DNA from: Camelus ferus
Taxonomy: Eukaryota
Direction: 5' to 3'
Length of the DNA stretch: 64,000 bases
Assembly: GCF_009834535.1 (NCBI RefSeq)
Contig: NC_045697.1
Location: forward strand, 84,198,001 to 84,262,000
A program made the translations under genes and the position numbers. The notes below the pieces were generated by a model. The model saw only the letters and a list, made by a program, of their open reading frames with translations, was not told the origin of the DNA and did not search any database. Position 1 is the first letter of the stretch. Each line of letters starts with the position of its first letter. Below are positions 1-13,314 of this stretch, one piece after another.

Positions 1-392
1 TACAGATAAGAGAATGAAAGATTCAAGAGTACTAACAGTTAAGAAATAAAGAAAATAAGTACCCTAAAATTTCTGCCTTTACCTGTAATTCTTTGAATTA
101 TTTCTATCACTGCATATTTTCCAACAATTTTATTACTTTATTAAAAAATAAGCCTTATTTCCCTTTTTTCTTTTGACTATGAAGTGAATTTCAACAAGGA
201 AGTTCAACTTGAAAACACTGGTACCCGGAATATTTTTGTCATCTTTACAAAGAAAAGTGCTCTCCAGGGCAACTTCCTTTGAGTTCATTGCTTAAGCCAA
301 TACTCTATGAGCAAAAGACTCAGTGTTATTTTACTATTGTATTCCTAAAAGAACTACTTTAAAAACAAGTCAGTCCAAGATGTATAGATAGT

Positions 393-430
393 TGTGTGTG
401 TGTGTGTTTGTGTTTGTGTGTGCGCACGAG
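393..430. repeat. Imperfect (TG)n microsatellite
   Basis: TGTGTGTGTGTGTGTTTGTGTTTGTGTGTGCGCACG read directly. Confidence 0.85.
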
Positions 431-719
431 TATGCACGTGTCATAAAGACTTAGATTTCTTAGATTCCTAAAGGGTGGGAAAATAAGTTTGGTAAATTTC
501 CAAACACCATAGTATTTTTCATAAAGTCAGAGTAGTGCTCTTGACTTCTTCCTTATGTCTTTCAGAAGGGCACAAAGGTGTCAAGCACGTTTATCACCAG
601 TATTTCAATACAGAAGAAATTTGACTGCACTTTAAGAAACAAACAGTGCTATCTCCTACAAAACTTCAGAATAATTCAGGAAAAAATATTCCACACCAGG
701 CAAATTCCATGTGATTAGG

Positions 720-850
720 AATTGGATTTTAGTCCTGGTTCTATTAGTGTCTAGCATAAGCTTTGATAATTTTACTTCCCTGAGCTTAAGTGTCTTCACT
801 TGAATAGTGAGGAATTTTAGCAAACTAATCTCTGAGATCTTTTCTATCTC
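720..850 (+). mobile_element. MIR SINE fragment
   Basis: GGATTTTAGTCCTGG...TTTTACTTCCCTGAGCTTAAGTGTCTTCACTTGAATAGTGAGG resembles the MIR core; boundaries approximate. Confidence 0.55.
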
Positions 851-1599
851 TAAGGTTCTAAAGAACTGTATAATAAAACATTATAAAACTTGTTTTAGAA
901 AAAAATTAAAGAGAAATTGTATTTATGCACAAAAATCCCAGTGAATGAATTTCAATCAAAACCTAGATGTTTTCAACCTTTACTTCTAGATGTATTAGTA
1001 TGGTACATATTGCCTTTCTCATTTCTACTTGCTTTACTGTATTTCCATGGCAGTAGCCAGACATCAGACTTAACTGTAGGTTCTTTTACTTAGTAATTCA
1101 GTTTATGTTTATTGAGTGTCTCCTTTATGCCAGACACTGTGCTAGGTATCTCACTTTCATTGTCTCTAAAATAAGGATATTAATAATATCTAAATATTAA
1201 TATTTTAGAGTTGTTGGGAAAGTTAAACAAAGTAATTTGCATACAGCACTTACTTCTTGACATATTTTGGAATTAAATAACAATTGGGAAAAGATCCTTT
1301 CATTTCACACCTTTAGTAGTTAGAAGCATGGGGTCTAATACCTTCCTTTATGGATTAAGAAAGGTTAAAAGAGGTGAACTGACTTGCCTACATTGATACA
1401 GCCTGACAGCAAGAGAGTTCCATACTTACTTGAGAGCAGGAGAGTTTCATAATTCTCTATCCATTCTTTCCATCATATCATGATGCTTCTGAACACAAGC
1501 AACTGTACCATCTGTTTCTTTCATTCTTTCTCTCAGATTACAAAACATTGCCAGAAAAAAAAAATTGTGCAAATAAATGCCCACAGGGGTGGCAATCCT

Positions 1600-1790
1600 A
1601 CTAATCTTATCAACACAAATCCAGTTAGGGATTAGCTAGGACACCCTGCTACAAACAGATGAGGAAATTTGGGTTTTAGAGTAGTTAATAGTTGCTTAAG
1701 GTCACACAAACAATAAATGGTAATGCAAGGATTTGAACCTAGGTCTGCCCAGGTCTAAAGGCCATGCTCTTCTATGATACCATGTTGTCA
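1600..1790 (-). mobile_element. MIR SINE fragment
   Basis: ACAGATGAGGAAATTTGG...AAGGTCACACA...GGATTTGAACCTAGGTCTG is the typical reverse-strand MIR core. Confidence 0.75.
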
Positions 1791-1859
1791 TTAAACATGG
1801 TCTCTACCTGGCTTTCTAAACAATTTTAATGCTGTCAATCAGGGTTAACTTTGGCTATA

Positions 1860-3130
1860 GCTGGAGGTGAATGTCAGGAATCCAGCCTTCATCAACATTT
1901 TCCTCAATGATTTAGCTGAAGACAAAGAAGATGTCACTAAATTTGGTAATATAAAAATTGAGGAAAAACAGTGAATCTTATGAGATGTGGACTAAAACTT
2001 CAAAATGTAATAGGATGCTTTAAATAAATGAAGGAAACAGATGATGAAGTTGCCTCTGTTCTGAAGCAATATAAGCATTTGTGTCCAAAGAAACTAATGG
2101 CCTTAAAATTTGTGAAACTTGGCTTAATACTGACTCACAAAAACAAAATAATGAAACAAAAATTTTAGTATTTTGAATATAAACTTACAATGGCTAACAA
2201 AGCAATATAGTTGCAAAATAAGTTAAAAACAATCTTACATAAACTGCCCTCATAAAAAGTGTCTGAACCAAGAGAGGAAATAATTTCCCCAAACCATAAT
2301 CAAGCTAATTGCAAAAATCTGTTTTTATTTTTGGGCACCGTATTTTTTCAGAAGTTGACAACAAAAGTGTGCCCTAAATTTAATTTCATGGATTATGAAG
2401 CCTTTTAATGCATTTTCCAGGGACATGTTGATGAATCCATTGTCAGTGAACATAGATAAGAGCCTCCTTAGATGAAGGCTCACGTAGGGGAAAAAGCATT
2501 TTAGATGATGACAGAAAAATGTTTTCCTGCTACTCATAACAAATATCATATTCACTTTTGATTTTAGATCAGAGCCAAACAAGTTTAAGCCATAGGTTCA
2601 TCTCATTCTTTACATTCTACTCATAGTTTAATCTCCCATAGCTCTGATTCTTTTTCTTATTTATATTTGACCACTGTTTCACATTATATGCTAGTCATTT
2701 ATTTTTTAGAATTTACTTTAAATCTTTGTAAGATAAGGTGAAGTTAAATGAATGAATGAATGAGTGGATTAGTTTAATACTTACTAGACCTTCAAAAAAT
2801 TGTTGACAGAACTGAGTACTTTTAGTTTAAAAACACAAAAGATGTTCTCAAAGTTCAATAGCATCTCATGGAAAAGAGAATATAGGTTTCTGTTGCTACA
2901 AAGGACAGAAATAAGATCAGCATGTGAAAATTACTGGGAAGTAAACTTCAACTCACTGCAATGGAAATTTCTTCCCAGTTAAAGAAATCTTAGAGAGGAA
3001 CAGGATGCCCCACAAAGCATCAGGTTTTCTTTGTCATCATATTTGAATAGAGGCTGGACAACCATTGGCAGGCAGTGAGTGGGAGGCTGGACCAGATGGA
3101 ATCTAAAGCCTCCTGCATCTTTGAGATTGT
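1860..3130 (+). mobile_element. Degenerate CR1/L3 LINE fragments
   Basis: RT-like TTCATCAACATTTTCCTCAATGATTTAG near 1890 and a CR1-type 3' end (GAGGCTGGACAACCA...GGACCAGATG...TTTGAGATT) near 3050-3130; extent approximate. Confidence 0.5.
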
Positions 3131-4469
3131 AATAAAATACATATTATAGCAAGAAAAACAATAGATAGGTTCTTATAGCATCCCATTATCATTGATGACA
3201 GCAGTATTGGTAATCATCATAACAACACTAATGGCCATAATAACACAGTATAGGACTTTACAGTTGCTTTTATCTGGGGCATTATCAAAAGACATCATAT
3301 ATAAGTATTATTTATCATTTCAATTTTACAGATAAGAAAATTAGGATGTTTCAAAGTTAATGAAATTGCCTATGCTGACAATAAGTCAGCAAAAATTAAG
3401 GAGGCTACTGATTAAACCACTAACTGTGGTTAACTAGTTAATGTTGACTCTGGTATAGCAGAAGCTTAGAGACATTGAGATTTATGGCTAGTAAAGTTTT
3501 GGCTAGGGAAGGAATGGCTAAGATGCCATGGATATTAAATTTGATCTTCTGATGCTTAACAAAATGTCATGCTGCAGAGATCTGAGGAGTCCAGTGAATA
3601 CTCAATTCTTGAATTCCCTATATTATAAGAGTACTGAGGACCCTCGGCGACTCTCTCTCCTCCCTCCCCCCATATTGGCCTTATTTTTTCAGACCAGATA
3701 CTATAAATGACAAGGCACCTTGCCACAAGCACCTCTGAGCTCACATTTTTATAGCTTTGCAATCAGAGACAAAAGGGATCTTCTCTGCAAGCACTAATTT
3801 GAAAATTCCTGGGTAAGAATGCTGATTAGCTTGAATCACTCATGCACCAATCACCACAGCCAGAAAATGGCGAAATTCCTCACATGGAGTTATGCTCATC
3901 CTGTGGATCTATTACTGAAAGCAGGAAAAGGCAAAGCAATATATGTCCACAATACATATTTTGTCAGTTGAAAAAAACTGAAATGTATTATTAACCAGAC
4001 ACTTCCAAATACATTTTTGAAACAGTCTTTTTTCTGAGGTGCACATATTAAAAAACTAGGTTTTTAAAAACTTTTTAGAGATTACTTGAGCAAAACTATT
4101 ATAATTTTATCCCATTTTTGGTACTATGTCCCTTATTTCTTTTTTTCCTTCCTGACTGATTTTTATCATCTCATAGACATTAGTTAATTTGGCCATATTA
4201 TGACTCTACTTATAGTTTTGATTGTGAGAAGCTACGTAGGATAGGATAGTATTTGTAAAGCACATCTGAATACTGACCGCAAACAAGCAGTCTTCCAGAA
4301 GACATTCTTAGTGATGACAACTTCTTTCCAGGTGTCTTCACTCTGCTCTCTTGGGAACTGTGTATTTTAATTATACAGAAAAAAAGAAAAGGAAGAAAAG
4401 AAAGCCTTATGCAGTTTCCATTCAGTGACTTACTGTAGATACTAACTCAGGTGTCAAACATCTCTTTAT

Positions 4470-5380
4470 TGATGCCTACTCTGTGCCACTGTAATAAACT
4501 TTACAGACAGAATGATGGTCAAGAGAGACAGGCCTTTCACAGGATTTGCTTCCTAGATAGTGAAGAAGACAATAAACAAGTAACCAAATAAATAAGCTAA
4601 ATAACCACAGGTTGTAAAACATGATATGAGTAAACAGAACACTGTGATAGAGATAAGTAGGGAGTTCTAGGTCAAGGATGACTTTCATAAGAAGATGAAG
4701 TTAAAACTGAAGCATAGAAAATGAAAAGGATTCAGCCACTTGGAGACTCAGGGGAAGGTGTTGTAGGTCAGGGTTTCTCAGCCTTGGCACTACTGACATC
4801 TTAGACCATATAATTCTTTGTTGTGGGGGACTGACTTGTCCAGTGTAGAATGTTGAACAGCATCATTGGCCTCAACTGACTGGATACCAGTAGTGGTACC
4901 CCCTCCCCACCCTAACTGTGACAACCAGAAACGTATTGGCCTTTGCCAGATGTTCCCTGGGAGACACTGTTCTAGGCATAGAGAATAAAGACTCCAAAAT
5001 CCTTGAATAGCATGAGATGTTGTTAGGGAGGTAAGGATAGGTCATTCAGGGGTCTGCGGGCCTTGGCAATAATTTGGATTTTATTTTATGTAAATAGTAA
5101 GTCACTGAACACTTTTACGTTGGGGAGTAACATGTTGACATTTTAAATAGACTACTTTGCTGCTGTGTGGGAAACAGATTTAAAACCACGAGGATAAATG
5201 AGATCTTAGGACCAGGCACTGAGGAACACCATCATTTAGAAGTTAAAAGTAGACTGGAAAGTATAAGAGAAAAGCAGATTGAAAAGGAACAACCAAAGAG
5301 GTTGGATGAAAGCCACAAGAGAGAATAATGTTACAAAAACTGGGATATGAGTCAAGGAGGAAGTGGTCGATAGAGACTAG
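4470..5380. mobile_element. L2 LINE remnant interrupted by MER20
   Basis: TTTATTGATGCCTACTCTGTGCCA terminus followed by purine-rich L2-like sequence (GGATTTTATTTT, ACTTTGCTGCTGTGTGGGAAACAGATT). Confidence 0.6.
4769..4961. mobile_element. MER20 (hAT-Charlie DNA transposon relic)
   Basis: CAGGGTTTCTCAGCCTTGGCACTACTGACAT...ATAATTCTTTGTTGTGGGGG...GTGACAACCAGAAA...TGCCAGATGTTCCCTGGG matches the recalled MER20 consensus. Confidence 0.85.
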
Positions 5381-6689
5381 ATTTTTCTTCTTGGCTTCAT
5401 CATCAAGTCACAGACTGAAGATTTCTCTGGAATTGCACTGGCTTAGCTCATCTTCTTGCCTCACTACAATTTCCCCTACAAGTCTTCTGTATATAATTCC
5501 AAACTAAACATCCTGTTCAAGAAATTACAAAGGCTTCCTATTATAGCCCTGCATTGGCCATGTTCATTCCTATTTCTAAAACTTTGCTCTTAAGCAGTCA
5601 TGTCTCCTCCTCAGAGCCTTCAAATGTGCCTACCCATGAACCTTCCAAGCTGAAACTCATATCTGGTCTCCCACAGAATCCTTCCTCAACAATTTTGGTC
5701 CACACAGATGTCTCTGTTCTCTAAAAAATCAACAAAACTTCTAGTTTTTCACTCTCTCCACTGAACACATTTAAGTATCTGTGACAGGCACTGTGCTATG
5801 CCCTGGAAATACAAGAATGAAAAACATGGTCCTTGCTCTCTAGAAGCTTGTCAGCACTCAATATATCCCTAATGCATTTAGGAAAATAGGAGTTTGCCTT
5901 GTATCTAATCCTGAGTCAGCCATTCAGCTACTTCTTCTCTATGCTTACCCTACACAGCTCAGTCATGTTCGACAGGCCTTTAGCTGTTGATTATCTCCTG
6001 GGACTACTGGATCACAGGGTAGAATTTTGTTATTCCTACCACTTATCAGTGATAGGGTGAATATAGTCACAAGGTGGTACATCTCCCAAAGTCTGAGTTA
6101 TGATTACTCCAGAATAATAGTAACAGGCGTGTAAGTGTGGTGGTGCTGATAATGTAAACTTTGGCTAGGTCTCAGCCAAACAATATAAGGTGGTCTTTGG
6201 CATTCCAAGCCTATTCTCTTTCATGATCTCAAGCCAGTGTGAGGTGCAGACATCCTTCTTCATTAATTTGGGCCCACCCAATAAATAACTATTGAATCAA
6301 ACATACACACATATCCCTCAAGAACAAATAGTAATTTTCAGAGGCAATACATTTAAAACCTATGTCATGACATTTCTAACTACAAAGTTTTCTGGGAGCA
6401 ACTCCTATCCTAAAATGCAGTGCATTGTCAATTTTCCTTTTTTTCTCTGTTTCAGATGTTTAACTTGTGATCTATTGTAAGTCTATCCTTTAAAACTCAG
6501 TACTTAGATATGCCAACAACTGGTAGGAAGTTTGAAATTATATGATTAAAAAAGTGTAGAGTCAGGGTTTAGTCAAATTCTTGAGCAGGGTGAACTGAAG
6601 GGCATTCTTCTATAATCTCTAAATGAGGAAGGGAGACAGTATGACTATTATTCACAGTTCAAATTATTTTTCAAGAGTGGAGGTGGAGA

Positions 6690-7620
6690 TTGTTCTGTCA
6701 GTTACAGATACAAACAAATAATGATAGTACAACGTAATTGTTATAAATAAGTCCAAAAAGGTGAACGAAGGGCAAGTCTGTCTCAGGGAGCTATGAAAGG
6801 TTCCATGGAGGAAAAAGTATTCAACTGAGACCTAAAGGATCTTGAGAGAACCTAGTAGGATCATAGAAGGGCAGGGAGTTCAATACAGCTAGTGTAGAGT
6901 AAATGGGCGAGAATGGAGATGAGATTAAATGTCCGGGGTCAGATCACAAAGGGGATGGGGAACCCCTGAAAAAATCTTGGCAGAGGAATCTCATGCTCAT
7001 AATTGCATGTTAGAAAAATTATTAATAGAATGGAGTTTGGACTGGAGTGGGAAATCTAGAGGCTATAGCAACAGTCCAAGGGAGATGAGTCGGGAGAGAT
7101 GATTACTTGATGGATTAAGACAGCGAGAGTGGAGATTAAAAAGAGGGTGGATTTGAGAGATCCTTAAAGAGATAAGTCAATAGAATTTGATATTAGGATA
7201 GGGAAAATGAAGGAAATGTAATAATAGGGGTATCCATGGATTCTTGACTTGGGCATCTGGGTGCTATTATCTGAAACAGGGAATGAAAGCAGGCTAGGTT
7301 CCAGATGGGGGGGAAGAGATATGGCACTGGGAGTAGGAAATGGTAAAACTGATGTTCATGTCAATTCAGGACATATTTGAGGTATCTGTGTGAAATCCAA
7401 GTGAAGATGCTGCTGCTTAATTAAAAGGGCCCAACCTGAAGATACACATTTAGGAGTCCTTTGTGCCCAGGACACCTGGTAGGTAAGTAAGGTAGGTAAG
7501 TCCATCATGGGGAAGAGACTGAGCAAGGAGATAGGAGGAGTAACAATAAAAGAAAATGGAGAGTTTGGGAACACAGAGGACACACATAAGAAGAAAAGTA
7601 TTTAAAGTGAATTGAGGGGT
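6690..7620. mobile_element. L2 LINE remnant
   Basis: Purine-rich L2-like motifs (GGTCAGATCACAAAGGGG, GAGGCTATAGCAACAGTCCAAG, TTCTTGACTTGGGCATCTGGGTG). Confidence 0.55.
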
Positions 7621-8519
7621 TAGCTTCAGAACAAGGAGAAAGTGACACTAGGGAAACCAAGGGGAGAGTTAACGGTGTTGTTTTTTAAATATAATTTTCT
7701 CCTCCTCCTCTAAAAGTGTTAAATTTCCCAAAAGCAGGAACTGTATCTTAAATTTCACTGTATTTTCTTCAGTGCCCAATTCAGTAAAGAGAACGTAGTA
7801 AATGCTCAATAAATTCTCATTCGTTCAGTCTCAGATACTATTCGCCCATATCAACCTAAAATGTTTCTTTATCCTGTTTCTTCAAATAAATGTTTAGCGT
7901 TACCTACGAGTTTACTTAAATCAGTTTTGTAATCTGTATGTTCTACCTGCACCAGCTTTGAAATAAGTTCCAAAACCTTACTTACTACTTATTGAGAGGG
8001 ATCTTTGATACTAAAGAGGACAGTGGGATTTTCTTTATTACTATTCCTAAGAAACAAGTTATTACAAAACAGTTTAGCCTGTTTCCCAAGCATTAGCTTG
8101 TAACTTAAAACCCCTGTTGAAAGCACACGAAGGAAGCAGCCAAATTTTTCTCACAAAAATTAACCAAATTTTTCTCACACCATTAACCGGGTCAACATGT
8201 CTATTAAATCTTTCATTTTATTAACAGTCACGAAACAATCAGTTGGGGAACATATATTCATGCCAATGGAAGCCATTTAACTGCCAACAGATCCTAATAA
8301 TTCACAGAAAGCTAAAGGGAATTGTGTCTTCGCATAGGGTTTCGATGCCAGGCAATACAGACGGTTTTCTCTGAGGTAACACCTAATTTAAAAGTCCAGG
8401 CCTGGGGGATTCGCTTCCTTAGAAAATGCTGAATAAATGACCAAGAGCACAGGAATCATCACATCCACTTGAGGAACTATCCCTTCCTTCCCTCTACACC
8501 ACACAGACTAACCTGCAGC

Positions 8520-9365
8520 CACCTTTCTCCGCCAGCTAGGCCCCAGGGCTCCGCTCCCGCCTTAGGAAAAATGGTCAAGCTCCTGCTCTCGCGGGATCTC
8601 GCGCCTCAGAGTAACTCAACTGGATCGCGCGCCTCATCGAACCCCCGCGGGAATACAGTTCTGCGGGTTGGGAAAGCCGGGGGGGGCGGGGCCAACTCGG
8701 GGACCATGAAGGTGGAGCCAGCTCCGAGGAGGCGGGGCGGGGACGAGGCGGGGAGAGGGGCGGGGCTCCCAGGACCTGTTGATCGCAGGTGTCACTGTCC
8801 TGACTGGCCCCTGGGTGTTGAGGCGTGTGCGCATGCTCCGTGCGCAGGGTCGAGCTCTGGGCGGCGGAGACCAGTCGCCTCTGCTCCAGTTCCCGGTGAG
8901 TCTCGGTTACGGTGGTGGCTGTTGGTGTGTCAGCTTGGTGTCGGCTTGAGGCGGAGCTGGGTCAGCGGGAGGAAGCCCTGTGAAAGTAGAAGGCCCGTAT
9001 TTCTCTACCTGGACCGCGCTCTCCTCTCGCTAAAAGGGCCGAGCTCAAGGTAAGTCTCCAGAACTAGTCCCTGGGTGGTGATCCAACGACCTGCTACCCT
9101 CACGGGCCTGACCGTGAAGCCCTCGTTCCAGCCCCAGACTTCGTCTCTCCCTTCGCAGCCCCGAGACCTCCTCCCCCACCCCACCCTCCTCGGGGCAGAC
9201 TCAGGGCTAGTTGCCCGGGTTCAGGCTCCCGAGGTCACGCAGCCTTCCCGCCGCTTTCTGGGTCTGGCGGAGATGCCTTTGGCCAGTCTGGAGGCGCCCA
9301 CGGAGGGCGGAGGTGCTGTACTTACTGGGTAGTGCTTGTTAATTGCTGCTGTGTTTGAGGGCCGG
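8520..9365 (+). promoter_or_regulatory. USP53: CpG-island promoter of USP53 (GC boxes, NRF1-like and BANP/ZBTB33-like motifs)
   Basis: Sharp GC/CpG-rich island in AT-rich flanks. GGGGCGGGG boxes at about 8683-8691 and 8734-8765, TGCGCATGC at about 8828-8836, TCTCGCGGGA at 8587-8596; consensus splice donors follow. Confidence 0.9.
8850..9049 (+). other. USP53: USP53 non-coding first exon (TSS approximate); donors after 8895 and after 9049
   Basis: CCG|GTGAGT (intron from 8896) and AAG|GTAAGT (intron from 9050) are consensus 5' splice sites just downstream of the core promoter motifs. The start position is inferred. Confidence 0.65.
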
Positions 9366-12300
9366 CAAGGAGCTGAACTTGGGGTCCTGCTGGTTCTCTT
9401 AGTGCATCAGGATTATGAATATTACGCTTACTTGGCGCCTGTCCCTCACTTTCCGAGCCATTGCCTCTCCCGAGCACCAGCATTTTAAAGCTGTCCAGGT
9501 GGTTATGTTGCCTTCTTTGGAGAAGAGATGATTCTTGAGAATCTTTGGGCTGGTATTTTCTGGGTGGTAGTAGTAATTTGTAAAGTTAATGTTTAGCTTC
9601 TACATGGCGACTTATGGGACGTTTATTAAACTAATTTTAAACAACATTGGAGAACAGGAAGTACTTGCACAGGTGTAGCAGGGAGGGTTCCTAAAGCCTG
9701 CAATCTGAGAGTGCTCTGAGGTTTTGTTATCCTGCTACAAGGTTTTCTTTATCAGTGCGAAGTCTGATTAATACTTGCAAAATGTATTGTAAGGCTTTGT
9801 TAGCAGAGTTTGCCAAATATTTTCTTATCTGGAAGAAATATGTATATTTTTGCAAGGAATTTTCAGAGCTACTTCTGAGGGATGTTTAAATTCAGGAGGT
9901 TCTTTTGTGATTAGGGTCTGATTCGCTTTTAGTTGTATTCTTTAAAAAAAAAAAGCATTGCTGATTCTCAGTATTTAAAGGGAGGAGAACATGCCAACAA
10001 ATTCTGATCAAAATGAACTTTTGGCTAAATTAATACTTCTTGTAGTTTTATTTTCTATTCTCAGTTCCATGATGATGGTCGAAGCAATATCCTTAATCTT
10101 GTTAAATAGAAATTAAAATTAATTTTGCAAAAGTAATGTATGATTTATCTGCCATTGTCATAAGAATTCCAAATAGGCAAACTCACTGTAGGTTGGAGTT
10201 GATTATAATCTGATAAAACAAGGTTTTTGTTTTTATGTTACATTTTAGAGGCTTTTAAAATGAGCTCTCTGGCAGTTTGTTTAAATTCATGATTACTGGT
10301 GAGAAACCACGAAGGTGATTAAATTTATTTATAAACTCAACTCACAGGTAGTTACATGTTTTGTTCCTACAATGTAAAAGATCTTTCCTTTTTTCCCTAT
10401 TTACTAAAAAAAAAATCTTTCATGAATGTATGTATATAGTTCATGGAACTTGACACTAATAGTTATTAATTAATATTATTATGTTCTCTGAAAGATACAA
10501 AAGTAGTTTTAACAAAGAAAGCTATTTTAACGGTGGAAGGGCACTGTTTTCCACCTAGTTTATTTTTTTCTTAAAATATCACATAACTTACTATTTAGTA
10601 TGTACTGTGATTCAAGATTTTTTATATTAATGTCAAATAAATGTTTATTTTAAACTGTGTAGTATCAAGAAATACAGTTTTGGAATCATCATTTAGAAGC
10701 TTGTTTTAGCAAGAGGTAAAAAGTGAAAATTCTATTTTAAGGTAATGTACACATTCAAAAGTCAAAATCAGTATTATTTTCCCTGCTCATACTACTTGGG
10801 ACTCACTAACATATCGTGCTAGAAAGTACATTGTTCACCCTACAATTTTCCAAAAATATGTTTGAAATATAGAAAGCAGTAGATTAAGCTGTCCTACAAA
10901 GATGTTTAGTTACTAAAATACTGAGCAGATCTTGTTACTTGACAGCTTTAACTCAAGGTTTTTCTTAATTATAGACCTTGAAGACAACTTATAGTAAGGT
11001 AGCTTATATATTGCATCTGGAAGTATTTTGAACAGTGTGCTAGGTATGCCAGGGCACAAAAGATGGTCAGTCTAGCCTATTGTTGCTCATAGACGCTTGG
11101 ATTAAGGAAGGAAGAGTGCTAATTTATGTCATCTTTGGAGAGCTAGCTAGCTATTGGTGATGATACATATGTAGCATTAGTATATCATTACTAATTTTGT
11201 ACAGCTGTAATGATTTTAGAAAATTTTGCATTACAGTATATGCACACAATAGGAACAAGAAACATTCTACCACAGATAAAATCTTCAGAGGTTATTTAAA
11301 CTTTAACTTTATATAATATCCTAATATTGGCAAGTTATTATGAGTTTTCTTTAAATAATAAAAATACTACAAATAGAATAGGAAAAAAGTGTTTTTTTTT
11401 TTTTTTTTCCAAGTTAACAGATGTCCTCTATCAGCAGTGGTTAGAACTGAATTTTAATATAATTGGTTTTCTTTGAAATTTCATACATTTTTTTCTTTCT
11501 TCCTTTCCTATTTCAATGCCATAAACTTTGTTTTATGCTTTACAAACACTCTGAGGGGTCCATAGGCTTCATTAGGCCACTAAGGTGTCCATGACACAAA
11601 TAGTGCCACAAACCATTGCATATGATTGAAGAATTTTTGTTTTCTATGAGTCACTTCAGAAAAGTTGCTTCATATATTCGTAATTCACCAGAAAATAAAA
11701 TGTTATGCAACATAAACTATATTTCAATATCTTAGCTGTTTTAGTGAATAAAGTCAATTACCTTAGTGGTCATGGTATTTTTGAATTAATTTGGAAATAA
11801 TTATATTACTCTTCTAGTTTTGCTACTATTGAACTGCAAAAAGCAGTTTGAAGACATACTTTTCCTCTGGAATTTGGAAGATTTAACTGACTTTTTGTGC
11901 TTTTCTGAGCTAGCAGAATTACTAAGTGATATTTATTGACCTTTTTTTTTTTATGCTAGACACTAGACATTGGAAAATTAATAAGACAATGTTAAAGTAG
12001 TCAGAAATATGAGTTTGTCTTTTCCAAGCCTCATCTCTGGTTATTCCCAGTGCTCCCACAACTGCGCTGAATTTCCAAAGATAAAATAGTCTTTTTCTTA
12101 TACCCTTGCCATTGCAAGGTACTGCCTCTCTTCCAACTTCCCAGTCACCACAGCACACCTGTGAATTGTCTTCTGTTCCAACAAAGGGCAGTAGATTACT
12201 TCATTTTGTGTTACTTTGTATATTCCATTGGTAAGATTTATACTGGGTTGCTGTAGAGGGAAGACAGAATAACTAAGGGACTGAAGGTGATAGTGTATTG

Positions 12301-13188
12301 CATTTTAAGTGTAAGGAGAATAATGGATGCATAGCACAAGGGATGAGAATGCAGGTAAAGAGAGCATTCTCACAACCCAGAGACATGATGACAAAGTAAG
12401 GGTGTTATTTTGAGTGCTCTAGTTATTGTTTATGGCTGGATGTTTCATTGTGTCATTTATGAATTAAAATTTTCATTAAGGAAGTTCTGTATTTTCTGAA
12501 AAGTTGTACATAGGTTGAAGTTTTCTAAATTAAATCTTTGTTGCTTACCTTGTTATTTTAGTGTTGCTTTCCCTTTATTTCTGATGCATTGCCTTCTAAC
12601 ATTTCAATGTGTTTTTTCTTCTGTAGTCCAAATGAAATTTACAATTTCAAATTCACGAAGTTTAAAATAATACTGTGGTGAATCCACTTGTGAAATGAAG
12701 CATTCTCAAAATTTTTTTGTCAATTAGAATTTTCCATATTTTAAGTTTTCTTTAAGTAGGATATCTCTATAAGTGAAATTGTTTATTTTTTACTAAGAAC
12801 GACCTTTTAAAAGATATTAAAATTTAGAAATTAAAACTTTATTATACCATTTATCTGATCCCACTAATCTGGATTAAGGCTTTAGTCAAGATTGATGCAC
12901 CAGTTTAAAGAAATGGAGAAAGATAACAAAATGGGGTATAAAATATCATAATACAGCTTTTACTTTTTATTCAAATGTGTGATTACATTGTTAAAAATCA
13001 TTTATGTCAAAAATTTTGTGTTTGCTGTCATTATAATTAGCTTGCATTTACTGAGTGCTTGCTATGTTTTGGGCATTTATTAGGTATTTTATGTGTGGTT
13101 TATAATTCTTACAATAACTATCAACTTTTTTATATAGATTATTATTATAGATGATGGTACTGATCTGCTTTTAATGATTGAGTAGTTG

Positions 13189-13314
13189 TATGAAAAGGAA
13201 TGTATATACATATGTATATGCGTGACTGGGACATTGTGCTGTACATCAGAAACTGACACATTGTAACCCATGGTACTTCAATAAAAACAAACAAACAAAC
13301 AAACAAATAAATAA
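13189..13314 (+). mobile_element. 5'-truncated young L1 3' terminus with target-site duplication
   Basis: GACTGGGACATTGTGCTGTACATCAGAAACTGACAC...ACTTCAATAAAA plus (AAAC)n tail. Flanked by AATGATTGAGTAGTTG (13173-13188) and AATGATTGAGTAATTG (13315-13330). Confidence 0.85.

Noticed and set aside
8469..9053. 194-aa ORF across the USP53 promoter
   Set aside because: Starts at TTG, is Gly/Arg/Pro-rich, and crosses promoter motifs and splice donors; typical chance ORF of a CpG island.
9075..9332. 85-aa ORF in intron 1
   Set aside because: Non-ATG start in GC-rich intronic island sequence; no recognisable domain.
10066..10350. Possible extra USP53 5'UTR exon or C/D snoRNA (ATGATGA near 10069, CTGA near 10210)
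   Set aside because: Acceptor-like AGs at 10064 and 10248 exist, but no unambiguous donor. The C and D boxes lack a terminal stem. Not supportable without transcripts.
12627..12900. Acceptor-like TTTTTTCTTCTGTAG suggesting another non-coding exon
   Set aside because: No clear matching donor found, so boundaries cannot be supported from sequence alone.
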